A program made the translations under genes and the position numbers. A stretch of 64,000 bases of DNA from a virus. Its lineage: Duplodnaviria > Heunggongvirae > Uroviricota > Caudoviricetes. Under the pieces are notes generated by a model that was given only the letters and a program-made list of their open reading frames with translations, made no database searches and was not told where the DNA came from. Positions 1 to 10,453 of this stretch are shown here, in pieces (within the stretch, counting starts at the first letter, position 1; the number at the start of each line of letters is the position of its first letter). The DNA lies in IMG/VR virus record IMGVR_UViG_3300037484_000445, positions 32,001-96,000 of that record; one strand, written 5' to 3'.

Positions 1-355
1 GTTCACCGTTGAAGAGATCACAGCGTGGTCTATCGATGAACTGATCACGGAGATCCGTGTGCTTCTACCCCCAGGTGTTGCCCTGACGGTAGATTCCCAG
101 CCGGGCTACTTCGTTGTGCGTTTGACCAACGCTGAGGGTTCTCTGGTTCAAGAAGAAGTAAATCCCGATCAGCGGTTGGCTTTGCTCAATATTTTTGGGT
201 GCCTATGGTCGACTCCCAGTGTATCTGATGATTCCCCTTGGCGTCGCAGACGAGAGTTTCCGCGACGCCCGATTGATATGGCCAACCGTCAGGATGTCCC
301 CGATCCCGAGGATTTGAATCCAGACGAAGTCCAGTCCTTGTACAAGCAGCGTTAG
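1..355 (+). CDS. hypothetical protein, 5'-truncated by the window
   Basis: The frame of ORF 59..355 is open back to base 2 (FTVEEITAWSIDELITEIRVLL...). It stops just before the AGGAG RBS of groEL. Confidence 0.55.
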   Translation, partial: FTVEEITAWSIDELITEIRVLLPPGVALTVDSQPGYFVVRLTNAEGSLVQEEVNPDQRLALLNIFGCLWSTPSVSDDSPWRRRREFPRRPIDMANRQDVPDPEDLNPDEVQSLYKQR

Positions 356-1972
<1,617 letters not shown>

Positions 1973-2007
1973 GGTTTGACTCTTTTTCTTGTAAGTCCAC
2001 TTAGGGA

Positions 2008-5000
2008 GTGGATACCCGTTTGTTTCGCATAGAGACCCGTCCAGGGAGGCTCCGTACTCAGGACCTCCCTTTATTGGCTCGGGCCCTGGTCGGCTACTAT
2101 AAGGGCCAGGTCAAGGTCAAGACGGGTATTACTCGAAACCTTCGGTACGTCAGACTTGAAGCTCCCAGTTTTCACGTCCAAGTCTTGGCGGAGGACTGGG
2201 CTAGGATATTACCCTACATCCAAAACGATGACTTCAACCAGCTGATCACTAAGGCCCAGCCGGACTCGGTTTACAAAAACCCTCTTGTGGCCCATGACGT
2301 CGCGATTGTCGATCAAACGGACCGTCAATACTACAACAGGATCCTTGGCGTTCTTGGCACGATCTTCACTGAAGCCTACCCAACAGCTCGACGTCCTTTT
2401 GGCTTCGACCGTATTTTGCTGGATGCCCTAAGTATCGTCGACTTTGCTTCGCCCTCGAAGGACTACGATATCTTCGCTTCGGATGTCCTTAGCGTCACGG
2501 ATCAAGAAGCTGTAGAAATTGAAGTATTCCCGAATGAGGTCATCAGCGTCACCGACCAGGTAAGTATTGACCTGGACTACAACATCTACGTTTCGGATGC
2601 ACTGAATCTTCCGGACCAGGTCAGGACCTATTTAGACTACGATGTTACCGTTGCCGCTGATAGTGTGGCTTTGGTTGATGACATTGACATTGAGGTTGAG
2701 GTCTCCCCTGGAGAAGTCGTAAGTGTCACTGATCAGGTAACTGTCGTTTCAGAGTTCGAACGCCTACCTCTCGATTTGGTTAGCTCTACAGATCTGACGG
2801 CCACAGATCTCTACTTCAATAGGACCGCGTCGGACGTACTTGTCGTAGCGGATCAAGCAAGCATTGAAGTTGGCATCTCCAATTCAGACACTCTCGATCT
2901 TACGGATCAAGTTGCGACGGCCCTTGTTTTCGGAGCCCTTGTTTCAGATGCCCTTGTCGTCACCGACCAAATCGGTATCGATCTGGTCTACGGTGTCATT
3001 GCCTCGGACTCGAATTCAATCACAGATGACATCACCGCGGTTTTGGACATTGGGGCAACACTTACGGACACCATCAGTGTCGCCGACCAAATCGGCACAT
3101 CACTAAACTTCGGTGTTATTGTTTCCGATACTGCAACTCTTACGGACCAGACCAACACAGCTCTTGAATTTGGGGTCTTCGTCTCGGACACCCTTTCCCT
3201 TGTAGACCAGGTGGGTACAACTGTAGATGCCACCCTTACGGACCAGGTCACCTTTACGGACCAGGTTGTCTCGGATCTTAGTTTCAGTCGATTGGTTTCG
3301 GATGCCGATCAGGTTACCGACCAAGTTGCGACGGCCCTCGTCTTTAGTGTGTTAGGTTCGGACACTCTCACTCTCACCGACCAAGCTTCAGCGTCACTCT
3401 ACTTGGAGGTCAGTCGTTCAGATCTTCTGTCGATTACCGATGCCCTGAGCCTCGAGACCTTTATCACAAGTTCCGATGCTATTGACTTGAGTGACGCCCT
3501 ATCCACGGCCCTAAGCTACAATGTCAACCTCTTCGATGCAACCTCGGTAGATGACCAGTTGAGCATCGAGGTCTTGAACACTTCCTTTGACACGATCAGT
3601 ATTGCGGACCAGGTTAGTGTAGCCCTCAGTCTCAATATCACTCTTGTTGATACCGTTTCTATTCTGGACCAGGTCTCCTCTGAAGTATCCATTTCATTCT
3701 CGGATACCGTTGGGGTTACGGACCAGGTGGATGCCTCGGTGGACTTTGGTGTCTTTGCCGCGGACGTGCTCACCGTCACTGACCAAGCATCTACGGCTCA
3801 AACCATTAGCGTTACCGCGTCGGATTCGCTCACTCTCGTAGATGAAGTTAGCTTCGTCCAAGATGCCACGATCTTCGTGTCGGATGCCGTCACGGTCGTT
3901 GATCAGGTTCACACTTCGGTCGATTTCGTTGTAGCGAATTCTGACGCAGTGCTCGTCACGGACGATGTCACTACGAACACCGGTCTCGATATTTCACTTT
4001 CCGATGCGATTGCGATCACAGATACGGCCACCCCCTCTAGGGATCTTGCGTTGTTTGTGTCCGATTCGATTGGCATCACGGACAGCTTCAGTAAGACCGT
4101 ATACGTCACGGCCACGGATTCCCTTGTCCTTACAGATCAGACAAGCACTTCTAGAGTTATAGCTAGGCGAGTTCAAGACACGGTTCTTACGACGGATAGT
4201 GCTCGGGCAAGTCGTGAGTTAGCTGTCGTGGTATCCGATGCCATTAGTGTGACGGACAGCTCAATCTCTGGTCGTGGCGAGGACCTGTTCATCAACGATA
4301 CTTTGAGTGCCTCTGACCAGGTTTCCTTGGCCTTGTCCTACAATAAGACGGTCTCCGATGCTGTGACCGTAGCGGATCAAACGCAATTAGCCCTTGCTTA
4401 CAACATTCCCGTAACCGAGTACATTGCTCTTACCGATCAGGCCCGGACTAGTTTGGTCTTTGGCATCGTGTGCTCGGATGTTGTGAGTGTCACCGATCAA
4501 CTAGCCTCAGTTGAGAGGTTCGTGGGCGTCTCGGATGCGATCTCCGTTTCAGACCAGACGGTTTTGGGTGTCAGTTATGCCAGGGAGTTGTCTGACTCCG
4601 TTAGTACTTCAGATCAGTCCGGTGCGGGTTATGTCGTTGCAGGGGATGCTTCAGACACTACAGATGTCTCGGACCTTGTGTCGATCGTTGTAGACAAAGG
4701 CGTTGCAGACGTCCTCAGTATTTCTGACCAAATCCTACCTGAGATCTCTTATGTAAGAGATTTTGCAGACGTCATCAGTCTCTCGGATTACACCTTAGCT
4801 GAGAGGATTATTGAGGTATTCGACGCCCTCACGGTAACAGACCAGGTGTCCTTGGCTTTCTCGTACGCTAGAAGTGGCACCGACACCCTAAGTACGACGG
4901 ATCAGATTAGCACAGCGGTTAGCGCCTCGGTCATAGCTTCCGACGCCCTTGGCCTTACAGATCAGGCTACAACTTCAGTTACTATTGCTCTCGTTGCTTC

Positions 5001-5274
5001 GGACGCAGTAGACATTTCAGACGCAGCCATCGCTGAAATTGAGATTTCTGCGGCCGACGCCATCAGCGTGGACGACTCTTTGCTTAGGGAGACAGACACC
5101 CAGCGTTTTGTGTCGGACACTGACAGCCTTACAGATCAAGTCGTTGCATCGTTGACATCAGATCGTACCCCTTCAGACTCAATCAATACATCGGACTTGA
5201 TTGCTATTGAGGTGATAATCTCTGCGGCCGACACTCTTAGTACTTCCGACTCAGTTAGCGCCGAGTTGGTCTAA
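2008..5274 (+). CDS. large acidic tandem-repeat protein (about 48 x 18-20 aa SDxxxxxDQ repeats), probable virion fibre or surface protein
   Basis: 1088 aa: about 150-aa unique N-terminus, then continuous S/A-D-x5-D-Q repeats with alternating hydrophobic residues. A T-rich late-type motif lies upstream. Confidence 0.75.
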   Translation: MDTRLFRIETRPGRLRTQDLPLLARALVGYYKGQVKVKTGITRNLRYVRLEAPSFHVQVLAEDWARILPYIQNDDFNQLITKAQPDSVYKNPLVAHDVAIVDQTDRQYYNRILGVLGTIFTEAYPTARRPFGFDRILLDALSIVDFASPSKDYDIFASDVLSVTDQEAVEIEVFPNEVISVTDQVSIDLDYNIYVSDALNLPDQVRTYLDYDVTVAADSVALVDDIDIEVEVSPGEVVSVTDQVTVVSEFERLPLDLVSSTDLTATDLYFNRTASDVLVVADQASIEVGISNSDTLDLTDQVATALVFGALVSDALVVTDQIGIDLVYGVIASDSNSITDDITAVLDIGATLTDTISVADQIGTSLNFGVIVSDTATLTDQTNTALEFGVFVSDTLSLVDQVGTTVDATLTDQVTFTDQVVSDLSFSRLVSDADQVTDQVATALVFSVLGSDTLTLTDQASASLYLEVSRSDLLSITDALSLETFITSSDAIDLSDALSTALSYNVNLFDATSVDDQLSIEVLNTSFDTISIADQVSVALSLNITLVDTVSILDQVSSEVSISFSDTVGVTDQVDASVDFGVFAADVLTVTDQASTAQTISVTASDSLTLVDEVSFVQDATIFVSDAVTVVDQVHTSVDFVVANSDAVLVTDDVTTNTGLDISLSDAIAITDTATPSRDLALFVSDSIGITDSFSKTVYVTATDSLVLTDQTSTSRVIARRVQDTVLTTDSARASRELAVVVSDAISVTDSSISGRGEDLFINDTLSASDQVSLALSYNKTVSDAVTVADQTQLALAYNIPVTEYIALTDQARTSLVFGIVCSDVVSVTDQLASVERFVGVSDAISVSDQTVLGVSYARELSDSVSTSDQSGAGYVVAGDASDTTDVSDLVSIVVDKGVADVLSISDQILPEISYVRDFADVISLSDYTLAERIIEVFDALTVTDQVSLAFSYARSGTDTLSTTDQISTAVSASVIASDALGLTDQATTSVTIALVASDAVDISDAAIAEIEISAADAISVDDSLLRETDTQRFVSDTDSLTDQVVASLTSDRTPSDSINTSDLIAIEVIISAADTLSTSDSVSAELV
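2461..5271 (+). repeat. degenerate coding tandem repeat, 54-60 nt unit
   Basis: By hand I count 48 D-x5-D units (SDVLSVTDQ ... ADTLSTSDS). The repeat is conserved at protein level and diverged at DNA level. Confidence 0.85.
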
Positions 5275-5335
5275 TGAAATCCTAGAATGAGCAACCCGAG
5301 GACACACATGAAGTGTCCATACACATGAGGGTAAC

Positions 5336-5554
5336 ATGAGCATCGATCCATCTGGCACGACACCTGGTTTAGCCCCCAAAGCTGAAGAGAAGCCCCCCAT
5401 CGTCAGCATGCGTTGCAAGGGGACCAACTGTGACTCTATGGACTTCAACGAGATTAAGGTTGAGGGTCCTGAGCATCAAGGCCTTCGGGTCTATCGTTGT
5501 TGCAAGTGCGGCCACGTTCAGACCATTTCTGTTGGTGGTGCCTTCAATTTGTGA
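5336..5554 (+). CDS. small zinc-ribbon protein
   Basis: C-x4-C ... CCKCGH; GAGGG RBS upstream. Confidence 0.65.
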   Translation: MSIDPSGTTPGLAPKAEEKPPIVSMRCKGTNCDSMDFNEIKVEGPEHQGLRVYRCCKCGHVQTISVGGAFNL

Positions 5555-5562
5555 GTTCAACC

Positions 5563-6243
5563 ATGGACAAGACTGACCTTGATGCTTTTGAGCGTACCCT
5601 TGTAGAGATCAACCCGGGCATCAAGGTCAGGTTCAAGGATGAGTCCTTGTTCCAGAAGGCTTTGGGCCTTTTGGTTAGGCCTTTCAACCCCACGTTTTTG
5701 ACGGAATATACGACTACTATCGGAAGCACGGTGTACTTCCCTTCTCGGGAGTTCTATTACGCTAAGCCTGAATCAAGCTTTAGCATCCTTGCTCACGAGT
5801 ATGTACACATCTGGGACTTCAAGCGGGATCGCTGGTTTAAGTTTAAGTACCTTTTCCCACAAATTTTGGGTTTGGTGCCCTTGGTAGTCTTTGGTCTGTT
5901 TGTTTGGTTCTCTGCATGGTGGTGGTTGTCCTTGTTGGGACTGGTCGCTGTGGCTCCTTGGCCAGCAAAAAAACGCACATCATACGAACTCCGGGGTTAC
6001 GGCATGAACGTCGCCATAGCTCAGTGGGTATACGGACGGGTTCAACCCAGTTCGTTGACACACATAGTGGATCAGTTTGTGGGATCCAGTTACTACTACA
6101 TGTGTCGTGACCGGAAGTATGTAGAAGGCGAGCTAGAATCCTTTCGACAGCAGGCGGCATTGGGGGTTTTGCAGAACTATGCTCCCTATGATGTGGCCTA
6201 CCGTTTTCTTTCTTCGCGTAACAACCTATTGCCAAAGTCCTGA
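5563..6243 (+). CDS. membrane-anchored zincin metallopeptidase-like protein
   Basis: ILAHEYVH (HExxH), downstream YELRGY as third-ligand region, with a hydrophobic hairpin between them. Start moved to the ATG at 5563. Confidence 0.7.
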   Translation: MDKTDLDAFERTLVEINPGIKVRFKDESLFQKALGLLVRPFNPTFLTEYTTTIGSTVYFPSREFYYAKPESSFSILAHEYVHIWDFKRDRWFKFKYLFPQILGLVPLVVFGLFVWFSAWWWLSLLGLVAVAPWPAKKRTSYELRGYGMNVAIAQWVYGRVQPSSLTHIVDQFVGSSYYYMCRDRKYVEGELESFRQQAALGVLQNYAPYDVAYRFLSSRNNLLPKS

Positions 6244-6248
6244 AAAAC

Positions 6249-6482
6249 ATGCCCGAGTCAGGTAGCTGTATTCGGTGTCTTCGGTGTAGTAGCCTGAAAG
6301 TCGAGGCAACTGGATCGGATGCGACCCGTTATGTATGTTCTGGTTGTGGCCAGCATTATGTGATGGTAATGCACATGGTTCCGGTTGACACACACACGCA
6401 AGTAGCTTTGTTGGAGGCACCCCTTGTTGAATCAGGTCCAAGAACAGACGGAAGGAGTGAGGTACCTAACGAAGGTCGTTGA
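6249..6482 (+). CDS. small zinc-ribbon protein
   Basis: CLRC ... CSGC pairs; overlaps the start of the delta' gene. Confidence 0.55.
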   Translation: MPESGSCIRCLRCSSLKVEATGSDATRYVCSGCGQHYVMVMHMVPVDTHTQVALLEAPLVESGPRTDGRSEVPNEGR

Positions 6483-7371
6483 GGGCACCTACACATCGCC
6501 GTTGCTGCTCGTTGGTGAAGAGGGCGTTGGGAAACGGTTCTCCGTTCTTCAGGCTATCAAGCAATCGGCTTCTCAAGGGAATCCTGAAGATCCCGCCATC
6601 TTTCAGATCGACTCCAAGGCCCATCCGGACGTTAGTATCATTGAATCCGAAGGTGGTAAGGACATAGGCATCGACGCTGTTCGTGGCGTGCTCTCAAGAG
6701 CGGTCACTTACCCTATGATGGCCCCTTACAAGTACCTCGTGGTAGATGGGGCTGACCGCCTCACCATCCCTGCTGCTAACGCCATTTTGAAGACGTTGGA
6801 AGAGCCACCGGAGAAGACCCGATTTTTTCTGATTGCTGAATCTTCGGACCGGGTGATACCCACCATTCGTTCACGTTGCAGTAGGGTTCGCTACAAGCGT
6901 TTGAGTGAGAAATTCGTCCTAGAAACAGTCCGGAACTTTGTTCCTGACGTGACTAAGTCACTTGTCTACACGCGTCTGGCAGAAGGATCGCTAGGAAGAG
7001 CTCTTTACTACTTCGGTTCGAGTCGTTTAGGTCTTCGTGACCGTTCCTTCGGCCTAATCAAATCCGGCCTCAGTGGGGATCTTTCTTCACTTTTTTCGGC
7101 TGTGAACAACATCGGCAAAGAAGACCTTGGCCTCGCGCTTCGTTTTTTTGAACACCTCCTATACGACTTAGCCATGCTCCCTTACGCACCCGACAAAGTA
7201 GCTAATCTGGACTTGGTAGACGAGTTACAGTCGGTACGGTCCAGCCTTGGGGATAAGCGTATACGTGGATTGCAGCGTGGCTTGTACGATTTGTTGCTTC
7301 GGTCTAGGTACACGCAAATCACTCTAGATTTCCACGTAAAGACCTATCTCGCTCTAGCCTTTACGGAGTAA
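6424..7371 (+). CDS. holB: DNA polymerase III clamp-loader subunit delta'-like
   Basis: GEEGVGK, HPDV, DGADRLTIPAANAILKTLEEPP and TIRSRC (SRC arginine finger); lacks the usual Zn module. Confidence 0.88.
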   Translation: MLNQVQEQTEGVRYLTKVVEGTYTSPLLLVGEEGVGKRFSVLQAIKQSASQGNPEDPAIFQIDSKAHPDVSIIESEGGKDIGIDAVRGVLSRAVTYPMMAPYKYLVVDGADRLTIPAANAILKTLEEPPEKTRFFLIAESSDRVIPTIRSRCSRVRYKRLSEKFVLETVRNFVPDVTKSLVYTRLAEGSLGRALYYFGSSRLGLRDRSFGLIKSGLSGDLSSLFSAVNNIGKEDLGLALRFFEHLLYDLAMLPYAPDKVANLDLVDELQSVRSSLGDKRIRGLQRGLYDLLLRSRYTQITLDFHVKTYLALAFTE

Positions 7372-7382
7372 GAACTTCCACC

Positions 7383-8354
7383 ATGGCGAGATCTGCTGGA
7401 CCATTTACTATTGTTTACGGAGATGAGAGTTTCCTCCTCGACAGGGCCATTGAGACCAAGCGTCTTCAGTGGAAGCAGCAGAAACGTAGCACAACTCTTT
7501 TGGATGGTGAGTCCACAACGGAAGGGCAATTCTTGGCCCTTTGTGAGACACAGTCTATCTTTGAGGATGACCTTCGAGCTATCGTTTTGGACAACGCTCA
7601 AGAGCTGAAGGTTGGGAAGCGTTTGGAAGGCTACCTTACGAACAAGAACCCCAAGGACTTATCGACGATCATCTTGATCGTGTACCGGGGTGCCAACTTG
7701 GCCAAGTCTTGGACGGAGGCCGTTAAAAAAGGCTCCGAGGAACACTACAACAAGTTCAAGCCTTGGGAGCTTGATAAGGTTTACAAGCGTACGGTGGACG
7801 AAGCCAAACAGTTGGGGTTGCGTCTGGGTAAAGGAGTTCCCGAGATGCTCCACTATGCTCTTGGGGACAACCTTCGATTAGTCGTGAACGAGCTCAGGAA
7901 GCTCTCCTATTTAGTAGGGCCTAACGGTCTGGTTGAGAAGGTTGACGCAGCCTCTGTTGTCGCTCCAGATGTCCCCGTTGAGCCTTGGCAAGTGGCCGAG
8001 GCAGCACTTTCGAAAAACCCTGTGAAGGCCATGAATCTTGTAGCCCTGTTGCACGCCTACATGGGTGACGGATTCGTTGTTCCTGTTACGATTGGCCTGC
8101 AGCGACAAGTAGAGAAAATCCTAGTGGCTCGGCAAATGTTGGACAAGGGTGATGCCATTTCCACTATTGCGGCGGCCATGGATAAGTCTGAGTTCTTCTG
8201 CCAGAAGAACGTAATCCCTGTAGCTCGAAGACACACAGTCAGAGAACTCCTTGGGCATATGAACACACTATGTAAATTAGAGTCTAGGGTAAAAGGGGCG
8301 GCTCGATCCAAACGAACCCTGGTTGAGCTAGCCGTGTTGTCCATTGCAGCGTGA
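7383..8354 (+). CDS. holA: DNA polymerase III clamp-loader subunit delta-like
   Basis: N-terminal IVYGDESFLL, SIF-x4-AIVL, GDNLRLVVNELRKL, C-terminal ESRVKG..LVEL; adjacent to holB. Confidence 0.8.
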   Translation: MARSAGPFTIVYGDESFLLDRAIETKRLQWKQQKRSTTLLDGESTTEGQFLALCETQSIFEDDLRAIVLDNAQELKVGKRLEGYLTNKNPKDLSTIILIVYRGANLAKSWTEAVKKGSEEHYNKFKPWELDKVYKRTVDEAKQLGLRLGKGVPEMLHYALGDNLRLVVNELRKLSYLVGPNGLVEKVDAASVVAPDVPVEPWQVAEAALSKNPVKAMNLVALLHAYMGDGFVVPVTIGLQRQVEKILVARQMLDKGDAISTIAAAMDKSEFFCQKNVIPVARRHTVRELLGHMNTLCKLESRVKGAARSKRTLVELAVLSIAA

Positions 8355-10306
8355 GAGAAGTACCTATGGAGATCGTTGACACCACCAAAACAGTTCAACT
8401 TAGGCTGCGTGAAGAGTTCCTAGAGCCTTACCGGCAGAAGGGTGACCCGTTCAATTCTCTCCTGGCCCGTTCGACGTACTTGACTAAGTACTGTCGTGGT
8501 GGTGTAGAGACTTGGACGGACACAATCAGGCGTGTAGTCGAAGGAAATGCCAATCTCGCTCCGGGCGTTTCAGAGAATGAAGCCCAGCTCCTATTCCATA
8601 TGTTTTGGACAGGGCAGTCTTTGCCTCCTGGTCGAGGACTTTGGACTGGTGGTGTTGAAGGGATCCCGGCTGATGCCCGCTTCAATTGCTGGTACACTAC
8701 CCTCTACTCGCCTGAGGATTGGTGTTGGGTTGCTAACCAGCTCATGCTGGGTGGTGGCGTCGGAGTAGGCCTTAGTGATATCGATTCTATGCCTACTTCT
8801 GCCGAAGCACCTGCTAGGTTCGCCATTTGGTGTCGTTCTGATCACAAGGACATCGTCGAGGTCACGCCTGAGGGCCCTTCTTTCCTGAATGGTACGACCC
8901 CTGTTTACCGTGCAGCAGATTCACGTGAGGGTTGGGTTACGGCTCTTCGTCGAGTTCTGACGGCTGCCTACGAAGGCAAGGACTTAGTAGTCGACGTATC
9001 GGACATTCGAAATCGTGGGTCTCTTATCAAGACCTTCGGGGGCATTGCTTGTGGCCCAGGGCCTTTGGCAAACCTATTGAGAGCTTCTTGGAAAATTATC
9101 CGTGGAGCTGCGGGTAGGCGACTCAACAGCATTGAATGCCTTGACATTACCAACCACATTGGCTTGTGCATCAAGAGCGGCAATGTTCGACGAAGTGCCC
9201 TAATCGTTTTAGGTCAGGCAGGGGATCAGGATTTTCGTGACGCCAAGAAGGACTTTGAGGCTGTCATAAGTCATCGTCACACATCGAACAACAGCATAGT
9301 ATTTCGTTCTTCGGACCAGATCGAGAACTTTGACTGGAAGAGCCTAGTGGAAGACAATATCCACTTCGGTGAGCCCGGTATTCTCAATCTGCCCTTAGTA
9401 TGGCGTACGGATCCCGGGGCTAAGGGTATCAATCCTTGCGGTGAGCAGGCCCTCCATGATCGGGAGTCTTGTAACCTGGCCGAAGTATTCCCTGCCAAGT
9501 TCGAGAGCAACACCGATGCCGGTATGATGTTCCGGTTGGTGACGCGCTATTGCATCCGTCAACGACTGACACCACTTTTGGACCCACAAAGCCATGCTGT
9601 GGGGCTCAAGAACATGCGTGTCGGCGTAGGCTTAGGGGGTCTTTGCGACTTCAACTGGACCCCGGAAACATTAGCCACCTGGTTCGGTATGTGTCGTCAG
9701 GAAGCTGATGCTTATGCCGACGAACTTGGTGTTAGCCGCCCTATCACAGTTACGACCGTTAAGCCAAGTGGTACGATTAGCCTACTCAACGGATCGTCTC
9801 CCGGCATACATGCTCCTCACGCTCCTTACTATATTCGACGTACTCGCATTGCCAAGAACGACCCCATGGCTATGGCCATGATGGAAGCGGGTGTGCCATT
9901 TGATGAGGACATCTACGACACCAAGGGGAATACCTGGGTTTTCGAATTCCCAACCAAAGCCGCCCACACGAACTCGAGTTCCAAGACTGAGACCGTAAGA
10001 GAGCAATTTCAACGTCAGGCTACTGTTCAAGAATGGTGGGCGGACAACGCCGTGTCGGCTACCCTCAACTTCACCCCCGATACTGAGAGAGAAGAGTTGG
10101 CTAATTGCCTAAAGGAGTTCGTCCCACGGCTGAAAAGCACCTCATGCCTTCCTCGTACGCACGGCTACAAGCAACCCCCTTATGAGGAGATCGACGAGTT
10201 AACATTCCACCGCATGTCTTCTTTGATTGATAACAACCACCCGCTAGTCCATGGTGGTGATATCGAGGTCGAAGAGTGTTCCAGCGGGTCTTGTCCGGTA
10301 CGTTAG
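8351..10306 (+). CDS. nrdJ: class II (adenosylcobalamin-dependent) ribonucleotide reductase
   Basis: PPGRGLW, FNC, GGGVG, GNVRRSA, NPCGEQ (radical Cys), TTVKPSGT, C-terminal CSSGSCP redox pair; no beta-subunit gene nearby. Confidence 0.93.
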   Translation: MREVPMEIVDTTKTVQLRLREEFLEPYRQKGDPFNSLLARSTYLTKYCRGGVETWTDTIRRVVEGNANLAPGVSENEAQLLFHMFWTGQSLPPGRGLWTGGVEGIPADARFNCWYTTLYSPEDWCWVANQLMLGGGVGVGLSDIDSMPTSAEAPARFAIWCRSDHKDIVEVTPEGPSFLNGTTPVYRAADSREGWVTALRRVLTAAYEGKDLVVDVSDIRNRGSLIKTFGGIACGPGPLANLLRASWKIIRGAAGRRLNSIECLDITNHIGLCIKSGNVRRSALIVLGQAGDQDFRDAKKDFEAVISHRHTSNNSIVFRSSDQIENFDWKSLVEDNIHFGEPGILNLPLVWRTDPGAKGINPCGEQALHDRESCNLAEVFPAKFESNTDAGMMFRLVTRYCIRQRLTPLLDPQSHAVGLKNMRVGVGLGGLCDFNWTPETLATWFGMCRQEADAYADELGVSRPITVTTVKPSGTISLLNGSSPGIHAPHAPYYIRRTRIAKNDPMAMAMMEAGVPFDEDIYDTKGNTWVFEFPTKAAHTNSSSKTETVREQFQRQATVQEWWADNAVSATLNFTPDTEREELANCLKEFVPRLKSTSCLPRTHGYKQPPYEEIDELTFHRMSSLIDNNHPLVHGGDIEVEECSSGSCPVR

Positions 10307-10330
10307 AGATTTCACGTGTCTACACAGTTG

Positions 10331-10359
10331 GCTCGGCCACATTGGTGGTGTGGCCGAGC
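10331..10359 (+). terminator. 11-bp stem-loop after nrdJ, terminator-like (no U-tract)
   Basis: GCTCGGCCACA-ttggtgg-TGTGGCCGAGC, 25 nt after the stop codon. Confidence 0.6.
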
Positions 10360-10434
10360 AGGGTTTGAGGGCTAATTATGTAGCGTGACTTCTGAAGATT
10401 CTCCCTCAAATAGGTTTCTGTGTGTTCGTTGGTT

Positions 10435-10453
10435 GGTGTAGCTGCTGAAGATG
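10435..10453 (+). promoter_or_regulatory. GGTGTA-N10-ATG putative leaderless promoter of the ligase gene
   Basis: Same motif and spacing at 52301, 55870 and 54655(-); no Shine-Dalgarno sequence. Confidence 0.55.

Noticed and set aside
2461-5271. CRISPR array or DGR-like repeat
   Set aside because: The periodicity is at protein level with heavy synonymous divergence. There are no identical DNA repeats with spacers and no reverse transcriptase.
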